64,000 nt of DNA from a virus: the IMG/VR virus record IMGVR_UViG_3300011008_000022; one strand, 5' to 3'. Made by a program: the position numbers and the translations under genes. Positions 45,342-53,587 of the stretch are shown piece by piece. The notes under the pieces were generated by a model, which saw nothing but the letters and a program-made list of their open reading frames with translations, did no database searches and was not told the DNA's origin. The number at the start of each line of letters is the position of its first letter. Within the stretch, counting starts at the first letter, position 1.

Positions 45342-46475
45342 ATGAATTACAAATCATATCTACCATTGAGCATGGCACTCGCCATGCTTTTCTCTTGCGA
45401 GAAACCTATATTGAATGAAGAGGATGCCAACGACACCCCCAAAACCATCACCTTTCAACTATTCTCCCCTGCACAGACACGTTCCACGAGATCAGCAGCA
45501 GCTATCACCGACTTCAAGAAAATCTATATCTATGACAGTAAAGGTGGCTATCAAGAGCAGCTGCTGGAGCAGTCTGCAGATGACCCCGATTTCGGCTCAC
45601 CAACCATCACCCTCACGGGTGGCCATCACCAACTGACCTTCGCCGCCATCGATAATGCGGATGCCTACCTCGATGGTAGCGTACTCAGACAGGAAACTAT
45701 GGGCGACACGTTCCTGAAAACCATCGACATCAACACTCAGAATGCACCCGCCAACCAGCGCATCGTGCTCAAACGTGTGGTAGCCGGCATCCTCTATAAG
45801 GGAGAGGGCACCGTGACACTCAGCGGACTGCGCAACGGTCTCTCGCTGTCCTCCGCGAAACCCGCTAAGGCAACAACCACAAAGACACTCTCAACGGGAC
45901 AACAGCTCTATACCCTTGTGCCCGATGACGAGACGGTGGTCATGGATGGTAAACGTAACATCCATATCCTCCAGAATGCCTTTACCGTCATCTACGACAA
46001 CGACGGCACACATACCGACCCAGAAGACCCTACCAACGGCGAATATCTCCTGACAGAAAATGATACCGCACAGATCTATGTCGCACGGATGGAACTTACC
46101 GACATCACACTGGAGAATACACCCGACCCGCAAGCCGCCTATGCAGCACAGATGTACCCCAATCGTATGCCTACCCGACGCGAAGCATACGGCTTCGTCA
46201 AAAAGGAACTGCCGGAAGACTTCTGGACGGGTGCCCGATGCCTCGCCTACGACCGACCCGAAGACAAAGGCTTCCTCGGTGCTACTGGTTGGGGCAGTGG
46301 CGACTACTACACCTTCACATGGGGACCTAACGGCACCTCCAACAAAGCAGGCACCAAAACCGCCTACTCTATCAAACCTATCCGCGTAGTCCCCATAGTC
46401 CCAATCTCCCAGTCCTTCACCCTCGACGGCGACTTCACCTGGTCCACTGACACCACCACCGTCGTCAAATTCTGA
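45342..46475 (+). CDS. lipoprotein, possibly fimbrillin-like with DUF1566-like C-terminus
   Basis: MNYKSYLPLSMALAMLFSCEKP has a lipobox (LFSC). The C-terminal ..FWTGARCLAYD...YSIKPIRVV loosely resembles DUF1566-type ends; this assignment is weak. Confidence 0.5.
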   Translation: MNYKSYLPLSMALAMLFSCEKPILNEEDANDTPKTITFQLFSPAQTRSTRSAAAITDFKKIYIYDSKGGYQEQLLEQSADDPDFGSPTITLTGGHHQLTFAAIDNADAYLDGSVLRQETMGDTFLKTIDINTQNAPANQRIVLKRVVAGILYKGEGTVTLSGLRNGLSLSSAKPAKATTTKTLSTGQQLYTLVPDDETVVMDGKRNIHILQNAFTVIYDNDGTHTDPEDPTNGEYLLTENDTAQIYVARMELTDITLENTPDPQAAYAAQMYPNRMPTRREAYGFVKKELPEDFWTGARCLAYDRPEDKGFLGATGWGSGDYYTFTWGPNGTSNKAGTKTAYSIKPIRVVPIVPISQSFTLDGDFTWSTDTTTVVKF

Positions 46476-46496
46476 CTCCGAGATCTACGACACTCA

Positions 46497-46609
46497 CTAC
46501 AACGTAGTCCCAGCGCTCCAAGTAGCATCTGACCTCTACAACGTAGTATCAGTGCTTCAAAGAGTAATCTGAACTCCTACAACGTAGTAAATAGCGTCGT
46601 AACGTAGTA
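46497..46609 (+). repeat. four direct copies of CTACAACGTAGT-like 12-mer
   Basis: Copies at 46497-46508, 46536-46547 and 46577-46588, plus a variant CGTAACGTAGTAA at 46597-46609. Confidence 0.8.
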
Positions 46610-46685
46610 AAATCAAATTTTAATCTAAAATTTTTAGAAACATTTAGTAAACAACATTAAGTTTAACCCAGCGATGCCACCGCAG

Positions 46686-46713
46686 CCCCACCGAACTCAT
46701 CGGTGGGGTTTTT
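46686..46713 (+). terminator. hairpin plus T5
   Basis: CCCCACCG-AACTCAT-CGGTGGGG followed by TTTTT. Confidence 0.5.
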
Positions 46714-46759
46714 GTTTCGTCATTTGCAAGGCGATTGTATCGCCCTAATCTCCGCCCTG

Positions 46760-46906
46760 CCGCACAAAACATCCGCCATGTCGCACAAAACACCCGCCAT
46801 GTCGCACAAAACACCCGCTCAGTCGAACGAAGTACCCGCTCCATCGAACGAAGTACCCGCTCCATCGAACGAAGTACCCGCCATGTCGAACGAAATCACC
46901 GATCTA
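46760..46906 (+). repeat. seven tandem 21 bp repeats in exact phase
   Basis: Unit starts fall at 46760, 46781, 46802, 46823, 46844, 46865 and 46886. There are two subfamilies: TCGCACAAAACACCCGCC (first 3 copies) and TCGAACGAAGTACCCGC (next 3 copies, followed by a degenerate last copy). Confidence 0.9.
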
Positions 46907-47118
46907 TACCTTTCTACACCGCATTTCTACACCTTTCTATACCTCTCTATACCATTTTCCTCTAACTACATACAACACTTTTCTCTAACTCCATCATTTT
47001 TCCTCTAACTGTTCGCCCAGGTTGGTACAAACCTTAGTACAACACAGTACAAACCTCTGATTAGGTTAGTACAAACCTTAGTATAACAAAATACTAACCC
47101 CGCTCAGGTTAGTATTTT
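46907..47118 (+). repeat. cluster of short direct and inverted repeats
   Basis: CTATACC x4 and TTTCTACACC x2. T(T)C(C)TCTAACT x3 at 46967, 46981 and 47000. (A/G)GTACAAACC x3 at 47024, 47046 and 47068 (22 bp spacing). GGTTAGTA at 47064 and 47107, with its inverse TACTAACC at 47092. Confidence 0.85.
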
Positions 47119-47227
47119 CTATTCATAAATCCATTATTTCATCAATTCATAATTCAATGGGATATACAAAATAATTCTTTTATCTTCTAAAAATGAATTA
47201 TTTTGCACACCCCAAAGTTAGTGTGCA

Positions 47228-47650
47228 GTGCGTGTCAAAAATTGCCACCGATTTGAGGGGTGCGGTGGTAGAGTGCTGCCCAAAATCGCTTGTAACTTAT
47301 TGAAAATCAGAGTAACCACCTCGAAAAAACAGTCCCATTCTCGCCCTCGACCGCCGCCTCACTGGATGGGCACCCCCTCCCCCTTCCCCCTGAATTGCTG
47401 CAAATATGCCGCCGGCCCTCCTGGATGGGTGCCTGATGCCCTCGAAGAGGTGCCGAGGGTGTCCGGCTGGCTCAGATCATCACCCAGAACGCCGCCCAGG
47501 GTGCCTCTCTGCTGCCCGTCATCGGTGGCCGGTGGTGGTGCTCTGCTGACATCCTGAAGAGGTGCCCGCGCTGCTGGTGGTGCTCTGCCGGTGCTCATGG
47601 ATGCCAGAACCGCCGCCCAGGGTGCCGAGGTGGTGCCGGTGGTGGTGTGT
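47228..47650. other. GC-rich non-coding island with internal direct repeats (candidate structured RNA or recombination remnant)
   Basis: There is a sharp GC rise flanked by AT-rich DNA. Repeats include CAGAAC(C)GCCGCCCAGGGTGCC x2, GAAGAGGTGCC x2, GGTGGTGCTCTGC x2 and CTGGATGGG x2. Only low-complexity P/G/A ORFs occur, on both strands. Confidence 0.4.
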
Positions 47651-47763
47651 GCTTTTATATATATAATAAGGTAAAACAAAGTATAATTTGTTTATAAGTG
47701 TTAAAAATTCGATTAAATACGAATTTATTTTGTTTTTTGTTTGGTGGTATCAAATTTTATTTT

Positions 47764-47771
47764 TACCTTTG
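47764..47771 (+). promoter_or_regulatory. -7 promoter box (TACCTTTG)
   Basis: TAnnTTTG match 55 nt upstream of ATG 47826, at the start of the right-hand gene module. Confidence 0.45.
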
Positions 47772-47825
47772 CAGCAGATTTAAAAAGTTATTCACCGCGC
47801 CACCGGCGCACAAAATTAAAAAATT

Positions 47826-48176
47826 ATGAAAAATTCCGCTTTTGTTCTCGCTTTGATGCAGATTGCAACCGCTAACCCTGAAGGATTCACCGTTAACGCT
47901 CAGACCTTGCAACCAATTACAAAAGGCTACGCCGTAGCCCTGGCAGATACTCAGAACAGCCACGACACCGCCGGCCTTCTCTCTGTTATAGACTACGCCC
48001 AGAACCACGCCGACACCGTGAACGCGATCGGCGGATGGCTCGACACTGAAAGTAACAAATTTTATTTTGATGCTACAGTAATTTGTGACGATCTCGAAGC
48101 CGCGTTAATACTGGGCCGCCGTAATAATCAGATCGCAATTTTTGACCTGGAGAAAATGGAAGAAATCAGGCTTTAA
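47826..48176 (+). CDS. hypothetical protein
   Basis: 116 aa ORF, first gene after the non-coding block. Confidence 0.6.
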   Translation: MKNSAFVLALMQIATANPEGFTVNAQTLQPITKGYAVALADTQNSHDTAGLLSVIDYAQNHADTVNAIGGWLDTESNKFYFDATVICDDLEAALILGRRNNQIAIFDLEKMEEIRL

Positions 48177-48223
48177 AGCCTGGTTTCTCTCCTCATGTTA
48201 TAACCGTTTAATATTATTATATT

Positions 48224-48430
48224 ATGACTAATTATGCCCGCATCTATCGCGCCGAACTTCAGGAACTGAAGCCCGCACCCGCTTTTTATCGTTTCGCGCT
48301 GCGTCTCGTCATCGCTGCCGCCCGTATCGCTGACCGCTACCCGCGCACCGTTTCCGCTATCCTCTGGGCCGGCTCTCTCTGGGCTGTCGTTTATATCTTT
48401 TTAAATTATCGTTTTACTACTTATTTATAA
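48224..48430 (+). CDS. hypothetical small membrane protein
   Basis: 68 aa with a C-terminal hydrophobic segment SAILWAGSLWAVVYIFL. Confidence 0.45.
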   Translation: MTNYARIYRAELQELKPAPAFYRFALRLVIAAARIADRYPRTVSAILWAGSLWAVVYIFLNYRFTTYL

Positions 48431-48434
48431 AACT

Positions 48435-48770
48435 ATGAACACCACAAAGAACACCACCACCGCCGCCCCTGTTGCTGATTCTGAGGGCCGCCGCTGTTAT
48501 ACTTATATTATCGCCGTTTCTGGCCGTCTCTGGAGCCTGTGCGCTTCTGAATGGTGGGGAACCCCTGACGAAATGAGAACGAACGCCGCGAGCATGGCAA
48601 CCGCCGCCCGCATTTTCCGACACTCTGCCGCCGTTGCTGTCTATGAGCTGCGAAACGATGACTATTTATATTTTGTGCATGGTTGCGAGCTGCCAGGAAC
48701 CAACGACGCACCGGCCACCTTCCACCGCTACGCCCCGCCAGTGATCCGCCGCCAGTGTGCCAACAAATAA
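48435..48770 (+). CDS. hypothetical protein
   Basis: 111 aa ORF in the same-strand operon. Confidence 0.55.
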   Translation: MNTTKNTTTAAPVADSEGRRCYTYIIAVSGRLWSLCASEWWGTPDEMRTNAASMATAARIFRHSAAVAVYELRNDDYLYFVHGCELPGTNDAPATFHRYAPPVIRRQCANK

Positions 48771-48822
48771 CCCCTATTTATAGTCCGTTTTATTATTCAC
48801 AGATTTTTAAAATTTTCCGATT

Positions 48823-51129
48823 ATGAAATACTTTGTAAATTTCCCCTATACTGCCGAGAGTTTAAAAAATGAGTTCCGCACCCTGTCTTTGAAGTTGCAC
48901 CCAGACACGGGAGGCGATGCCGAGGAGTTCGCCGCCATGATGAACGAATACGAGCAGATCGCCCGCAACCTGTCAGGAACTAAACAACACGCCCAGAGCG
49001 AAGCAGAACGCCAGGCAGAAGAAGCCCGCCGCCGTGAGGAGGAGGAAGAGCGCCGAGAGTGGGAAGCCTACCAGGAGCGCCAGCGCCAGGAACGGGAAGC
49101 AGAGCGCAAAGCAGAGGAAGAGCGCAAAGCTAAGGCCCGCCCCATCTACGAAAAGCGCTGCAAGAAATGGGCGCACCTCATGGAAGATTTAACCCCATTT
49201 ATAGAGGCTGAAAATAATGCCTATAAAAACGAGCGCCAGGCTGCCGAGACTTTCGGCTATCGTTCTGCAGAATATAAGGAGGCAGGCAAAGCCACGAAAG
49301 CCGCCAGAACTGCCACACATGCAGCCCGCCGCCGTAATCTCTTGAAGATGGCGCAAACAGCTTTCAAGGGTGTTAAATTCTCCCTTCGTTACGATAACGG
49401 CTGGGGCGGTGGTTTTATTATCGCATGGACTGACGGCCCAAGCCTGGAAGAGTTCAAGGCTGCAACCGATTACGATCTGTTTGTTTCAGTCTGGGACACC
49501 TTCGACGGTATGACAGACTGTGCCGACTATGAGCGGGCAGATTTTACAGACTTTGCCGATAAGTACAGCGGCCATCATGGAGAGGTGGAATTTGACCGTA
49601 CAATTAGCGACGAGAACAGGCAGAAAATGGCCGACGTTTTAAAGCGTCTTAATCCTGACTTTACAGACCCAGAGGCCCGCGAGCGTTACGACTGCAACAG
49701 CTGGGAAGATATCGCCGTCTTTATAGACGAGGAAAAAATCAGAGAATTTTTCCGTATCTTTGGCGCTGACTTTGACAGCGTGACCGATGAGCAGAAGAGA
49801 GCACAGCGCACAAGCCGCCACAACTTCCGCGACTATATGGACAGCCGCAAGACCTTAGCCGGTTGGATCAACGCCCTGGCCGACTTCATCACATTTAAAA
49901 CGGATGACGAGAAGAAGGCCGAGAAGCCCGCAGAGTTTGCCCCCCGTTATGGTGCCACCCTTCGCGCACTGTTTAAGCTCGTAGGCGGTCAGTCTGCCGC
50001 ATTCTGGCAGCGCGACCCCAAAACCCGCAAGAGTTCCCCGCTGTCATTGTCTGAACTCATCGAGGCCCTGGAACGTGGCGAGGCCGTAGCCTATGGAAAA
50101 AAACATGAGTACACCGACGCAGAAGGTAATATCGAGTCCGTAATTTATTGGGGTGTAAATAATGGCGGATATAAGGTACAAAAAGCCCGTGCCGAGAAGT
50201 TCGCCGCCGCTGGTTATACTCTCAGCAGTTCCGGCCATTCTTCCACCTATGCCGACGTAGAAATTACCGGCATAACTCCAGAGACTGCCGCCGCTCTTCG
50301 TGCTGAACTCGCAGACATCGAGAGACAGCGCCAGCAGTGGGAGACCAAACAGACCGCACAGAAGCCCCAGAACAGCGCCGAGACTGCCGAGCAGTCCAAC
50401 ACACAGCCCACCGACTCCGAGGCCGTCAGCGCTCCGCAAACAGTCGTAGCAGATGCCCCCGCCGATGGCTTGCAGCTCATCGACACCGCCGAGGGTGTGG
50501 CCGTCGTCTCTGAGGACTGGAAAACGACGTATTTTAATAAAAAGCACATCAAGGCCCACGGCTGCCACTGGAACAAGGAGGCGAAACGATGGGAAGCCAC
50601 CGACCCCGACGACGTGGCAAAGGTTCGCGCATGGTTTGCTCTTCGCACAGAAGAGCAGACCACCCCAGAGGCCGACACGTTAGAGGATGCCCAGAATATC
50701 ACAGAAAACGCCCAGGACAGCGCCGAGACTGTCGAGCAGTCCAACACACAGCCCACAGACTCCGAGGCCGTCAGCGAGGACGCACAGCAGCCCGCCAGCG
50801 TTTCCCCACTCTTCGAGGCAGTGGCCGACCTCTTCCGCACCTTTGCCGACATCATCCAGCAGGCCAAACGGTGGGAGGGCGTGACCATTCCAGCCGCCAC
50901 CCTCGAACGATGCGCACAGAACACCGCCGCCCGCCTCTCTGAGGTGTGCGCCTGTCTGGGCAGTCTCACGCCTGACAGCCGCGAACAGTTCGACGCGCTG
51001 GGTGTCATCTTCTGGACGCTCTCCGACAAGATCAAGACTGGCACCGACCCCGACACCCTCCAGAGTGCCACCGACTACGCCCGCGCCCAGCTCTTCGACC
51101 TCATCGAGCGCACACAAACAGAGAACTAG
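48823..51129 (+). CDS. J-domain (DnaJ-like) N-terminus fused to a large multi-domain protein
   Basis: LKNEFRTLSLKLHPDTGGDAEEFAAMMNEYEQI contains the HPD motif and is followed by an R/E-rich helix. A KHIKAHGCHWNKEAKRWEA motif resembles small DUF5710-type modules. An internal 60 nt direct repeat is present. Confidence 0.6.
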   Translation: MKYFVNFPYTAESLKNEFRTLSLKLHPDTGGDAEEFAAMMNEYEQIARNLSGTKQHAQSEAERQAEEARRREEEEERREWEAYQERQRQEREAERKAEEERKAKARPIYEKRCKKWAHLMEDLTPFIEAENNAYKNERQAAETFGYRSAEYKEAGKATKAARTATHAARRRNLLKMAQTAFKGVKFSLRYDNGWGGGFIIAWTDGPSLEEFKAATDYDLFVSVWDTFDGMTDCADYERADFTDFADKYSGHHGEVEFDRTISDENRQKMADVLKRLNPDFTDPEARERYDCNSWEDIAVFIDEEKIREFFRIFGADFDSVTDEQKRAQRTSRHNFRDYMDSRKTLAGWINALADFITFKTDDEKKAEKPAEFAPRYGATLRALFKLVGGQSAAFWQRDPKTRKSSPLSLSELIEALERGEAVAYGKKHEYTDAEGNIESVIYWGVNNGGYKVQKARAEKFAAAGYTLSSSGHSSTYADVEITGITPETAAALRAELADIERQRQQWETKQTAQKPQNSAETAEQSNTQPTDSEAVSAPQTVVADAPADGLQLIDTAEGVAVVSEDWKTTYFNKKHIKAHGCHWNKEAKRWEATDPDDVAKVRAWFALRTEEQTTPEADTLEDAQNITENAQDSAETVEQSNTQPTDSEAVSEDAQQPASVSPLFEAVADLFRTFADIIQQAKRWEGVTIPAATLERCAQNTAARLSEVCACLGSLTPDSREQFDALGVIFWTLSDKIKTGTDPDTLQSATDYARAQLFDLIERTQTEN

Positions 51130-51270
51130 GCGCGAGCAGTCCGCGAGGCTGTCAGCTCTGACGACTCCGACCCACTGGAGAAGGCCGCTTGATATAGCGG
51201 CCTCCCCTTCCCCTCTCTTAATGTTATAGCACATCCCAAAAATCAGAAAATTTTAAAAATCTACAAAATC

Positions 51271-51522
51271 ATGGTTACAATTTCACAGAATGCCATCGCC
51301 ACCGTTAAACAGCTTAACGACCAACTTTTTGAAGCTGAGTGTGAACTGGAAGCCCAGCAGCGGGCAGTCTCTAAGTATCGCTATTATCTGGCAGCAGAAG
51401 CCAATCAGGAAACAGTCATGGATCTACGTGGTGCCATAAAGAACCTGCAGGGCTGTCAGCAGCGCGTCGATCATCTGCGCCAGCGTCTCACCGACACCCT
51501 CGAAAATATCTGGTCATTATAG
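51271..51522 (+). CDS. hypothetical protein
   Basis: 83 aa helical-looking ORF. Confidence 0.5.
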   Translation: MVTISQNAIATVKQLNDQLFEAECELEAQQRAVSKYRYYLAAEANQETVMDLRGAIKNLQGCQQRVDHLRQRLTDTLENIWSL

Positions 51523-51578
51523 ACCATCTCAAAAATCCCCGTTTTCATCATTTCATCGTTTCATCAATTCATTAAATT

Positions 51579-51827
51579 ATGGTCATCATCAACGGTCACA
51601 AGTTCTACGAGGTCCCTACCTCTTGCGGCACCTGTCCTTTCCTCCTCACTGGTAACACCTCCACCCCTGGCGTATCTACCGGCTACAGCAAAGGTCTGTG
51701 CGTCCAGTGGAACGAAACCCACCACACCTGGGCCAACATTCCCCGCCGCTGTTCTAAGCTCTTCCGCCGTGCTTTTGACCTCTACAATGACACCGGCGAG
51801 AATTTAGTTATCACTAAAAAAGAGTAA
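51579..51827 (+). CDS. hypothetical protein
   Basis: 82 aa ORF preceded by a TTCATCA-type spacer. Confidence 0.5.
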   Translation: MVIINGHKFYEVPTSCGTCPFLLTGNTSTPGVSTGYSKGLCVQWNETHHTWANIPRRCSKLFRRAFDLYNDTGENLVITKKE

Positions 51828-51896
51828 AAAACCAACAAATTTCGATTTTATTTTAATTTTCCTGCAAAATTATTTGGCAGTATCAAAATATATTCG

Positions 51897-51904
51897 TATC
51901 TTTG
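51897..51904 (+). promoter_or_regulatory. -7 promoter box (TATCTTTG) plus leader hairpin 51928-51941
   Basis: Cassette ATTTGGCAGTATCAAAATATATTCGTATCTTTGCACCGACAAATAAAAGTTTAACCGAG-hairpin-CTCACAAAAAA. Confidence 0.55.
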
Positions 51905-51959
51905 CACCGACAAATAAAAGTTTAACCGAGCCACGAGGCTCACAAAAAAGTATTTCATC

Positions 51960-52790
51960 ATGTTACAGACAGCAACAACTCAGGCACCATTTGCCGCAAT
52001 CAACATTCAGAACATCGCTAAACAGCGAGAGAACAAACAGGCTACCTTCTCTGCTATCATTCAGAACAACTGGGAAGCATGTAAGAACCGCTTTCGTGTT
52101 ACGTTCACCAATGGCACCACCGAGATCAAGCGCCTCTTTACTAACAGCGGAATGGTCTGCGAGTATGGCAAAGGCCGCCGTACCTATGGCCATTATGCCT
52201 ATATCGACAACTGGCAGAAGGTAGAACCTGTGAAGCCAGCCCCCAAATATAGTTATAGCATGTTCCACCGCAATACCACCAAGGCCGCCGCTCTCCTGGC
52301 TGCCTCTGGCTTGTGGCCCGAAATGCAGAAGCGCATGGCTGTTATGTCCCAGTTCTCCCAGTCTGAATATAACGAGATTATGGATATCTATCAGAAGAGC
52401 TGGGACTGCGACTATCGCGACACAGAGAAGCGTCAGGAACTGGAAAAGTCCTTCAACGACTTCTTCACCTCTCGTGGCACTACTCCCGACTACTACCACT
52501 TCAAGCAACTCAGCGAGAAGTCACAGATCATCAGCATCCCCTTCGGCAAAGATGGGAGTTATGAGCGCCGCATGGTTGCCAACCATTTAGAGCAGGCCCA
52601 GCAGTCCGCTGCCGACTATGACGATGGCTTTGGCGTTCGTTGGTATGGCAGCTATGATTACAGCGTCTCTGTCAGCAAGAAAGATGGTGTACTTCGTGGC
52701 TGGTACTCTGCCGAGTACAAAGGTTGTGGCAATGGCCATTATTACCTCCTACTCGATGCTACTCATGCCATCTATTGCGAAGACGATTGA
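51960..52790 (+). CDS. hypothetical protein
   Basis: 276 aa ORF. The competing track ORF 51874-52224 overlaps the promoter cassette and is rejected. Confidence 0.65.
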   Translation: MLQTATTQAPFAAINIQNIAKQRENKQATFSAIIQNNWEACKNRFRVTFTNGTTEIKRLFTNSGMVCEYGKGRRTYGHYAYIDNWQKVEPVKPAPKYSYSMFHRNTTKAAALLAASGLWPEMQKRMAVMSQFSQSEYNEIMDIYQKSWDCDYRDTEKRQELEKSFNDFFTSRGTTPDYYHFKQLSEKSQIISIPFGKDGSYERRMVANHLEQAQQSAADYDDGFGVRWYGSYDYSVSVSKKDGVLRGWYSAEYKGCGNGHYYLLLDATHAIYCEDD

Positions 52791-52893
52791 CCCACCGTGC
52801 CCAGCCTTTCTCGGCTGGGTCCCTCTTTTCATTCATTCATCAATTCATCAAATCATTAACCGAGCTTTCAGGCTCACGAAAAAAATCAAACTT

Positions 52894-53139
52894 ATGGATA
52901 TCAAAATCAAGAAAATTGTTTCCTGGATTTTCCCTTATTTCGGGAACGACCACATCATGCCCTATGGCTCTCTTCTCGTTACTGACGGAAAGACTGAGCG
53001 CGTATGCCATACCAAGGGCGACCGCTATCACGATAACGATGGCTATCAGTACATCACCTTCAATCGTCGCCGTTATGAAGTTCTCGCCTCTGGCAATCCA
53101 GCACGAGGCATGAAAATCTCTCTGCGCCCTGTTGCTTAA
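52894..53139 (+). CDS. hypothetical protein
   Basis: The first ATG (MDIKIKK) lies 18 nt after leader hairpin 52862-52875. The longer track ORF 52618-53139 overlaps the previous gene. Confidence 0.5.
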   Translation: MDIKIKKIVSWIFPYFGNDHIMPYGSLLVTDGKTERVCHTKGDRYHDNDGYQYITFNRRRYEVLASGNPARGMKISLRPVA

Positions 53140-53174
53140 TTCATCATTTCATCAATTCATCAATTCATCATATT

Positions 53175-53291
53175 ATGGCAAAGAATTATAAAGTCGAGAA
53201 TGGCAAGCATTTGAAAGCCATTAGAAGCCCTTATGATGGCCGTGTAGTCGGCTGGATAGATATAACTGAAAGTTCAACGAAAAACTCATAA
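53175..53291 (+). CDS. possible 38 aa small ORF
   Basis: ATG 53175 to TAA 53289-53291 (MAKNYKVENGKHLKAIRSPYDGRVVGWIDITESSTKNS), flanked by TTCATCA spacers. It is below the ORF-track cutoff. Confidence 0.25.
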   Translation: MAKNYKVENGKHLKAIRSPYDGRVVGWIDITESSTKNS

Positions 53292-53303
53292 ATTCGTCAA
53301 GTT

Positions 53304-53570
53304 ATGAAAGCAATGGAATCCTATCATTCTGGTACTGTCGGCTTCGATATTCTACACACAGATGTTGTCGAGGTAGAACGTCGTACAATTACGATTAAAA
53401 CCTATAATGGTAATATCACCAGACCAGGCAACAGAGTCATGCGCTGCCGTCACTGTGGAAATGAATGGGTGGAGTCTATCACAAGCCCCCAGGTTCTTTC
53501 TCAGGATGTGCTAAACGAACTCCATGAGTATTTCAGCGATTATACAGAATGTAAACAGAAAAAAGCATAA
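53304..53570 (+). CDS. hypothetical protein
   Basis: 88 aa ORF containing CRHCGNEW. Confidence 0.5.
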   Translation: MKAMESYHSGTVGFDILHTDVVEVERRTITIKTYNGNITRPGNRVMRCRHCGNEWVESITSPQVLSQDVLNELHEYFSDYTECKQKKA

Positions 53571-53587
53571 GTAAACCCGCCACAACT

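Noticed and set aside
46760-46906. Tandem 21 bp array considered as a CRISPR array.
   Set aside because: The repeats are directly adjacent with no unique spacers. The units are 21 bp and degenerate into two subfamilies. No cas genes are present.
46703-47008. Track ORFs 46703-47008 and 46735-46965, encoding heptad-like SHKTPAM/SNEVPAP repeats.
   Set aside because: They are artefacts of the 21 bp tandem DNA repeat (7 codons per unit) being open in two frames. They have no leader or promoter and no non-repetitive sequence.
47228-47679. ORFs 47228-47557 (+) and 47359-47679 (-) in the GC-rich island.
   Set aside because: They overlap each other on opposite strands. They encode P/G/A/R low-complexity strings, have no A-rich leader or hairpin-spacer architecture, and their codon composition is unlike all other genes here.
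46476-47825. Prophage boundary or attachment site at the non-coding block, prompted by the change in intergenic style on either side.
   Set aside because: H1 hairpins, TTCATAAA spacers and the TATCTTTG cassette occur on both sides (for example 28785, 44722, 52800, 59057, 63689), so both halves belong to one genome. No integrase or tRNA is present, and no host-like genes flank the block.
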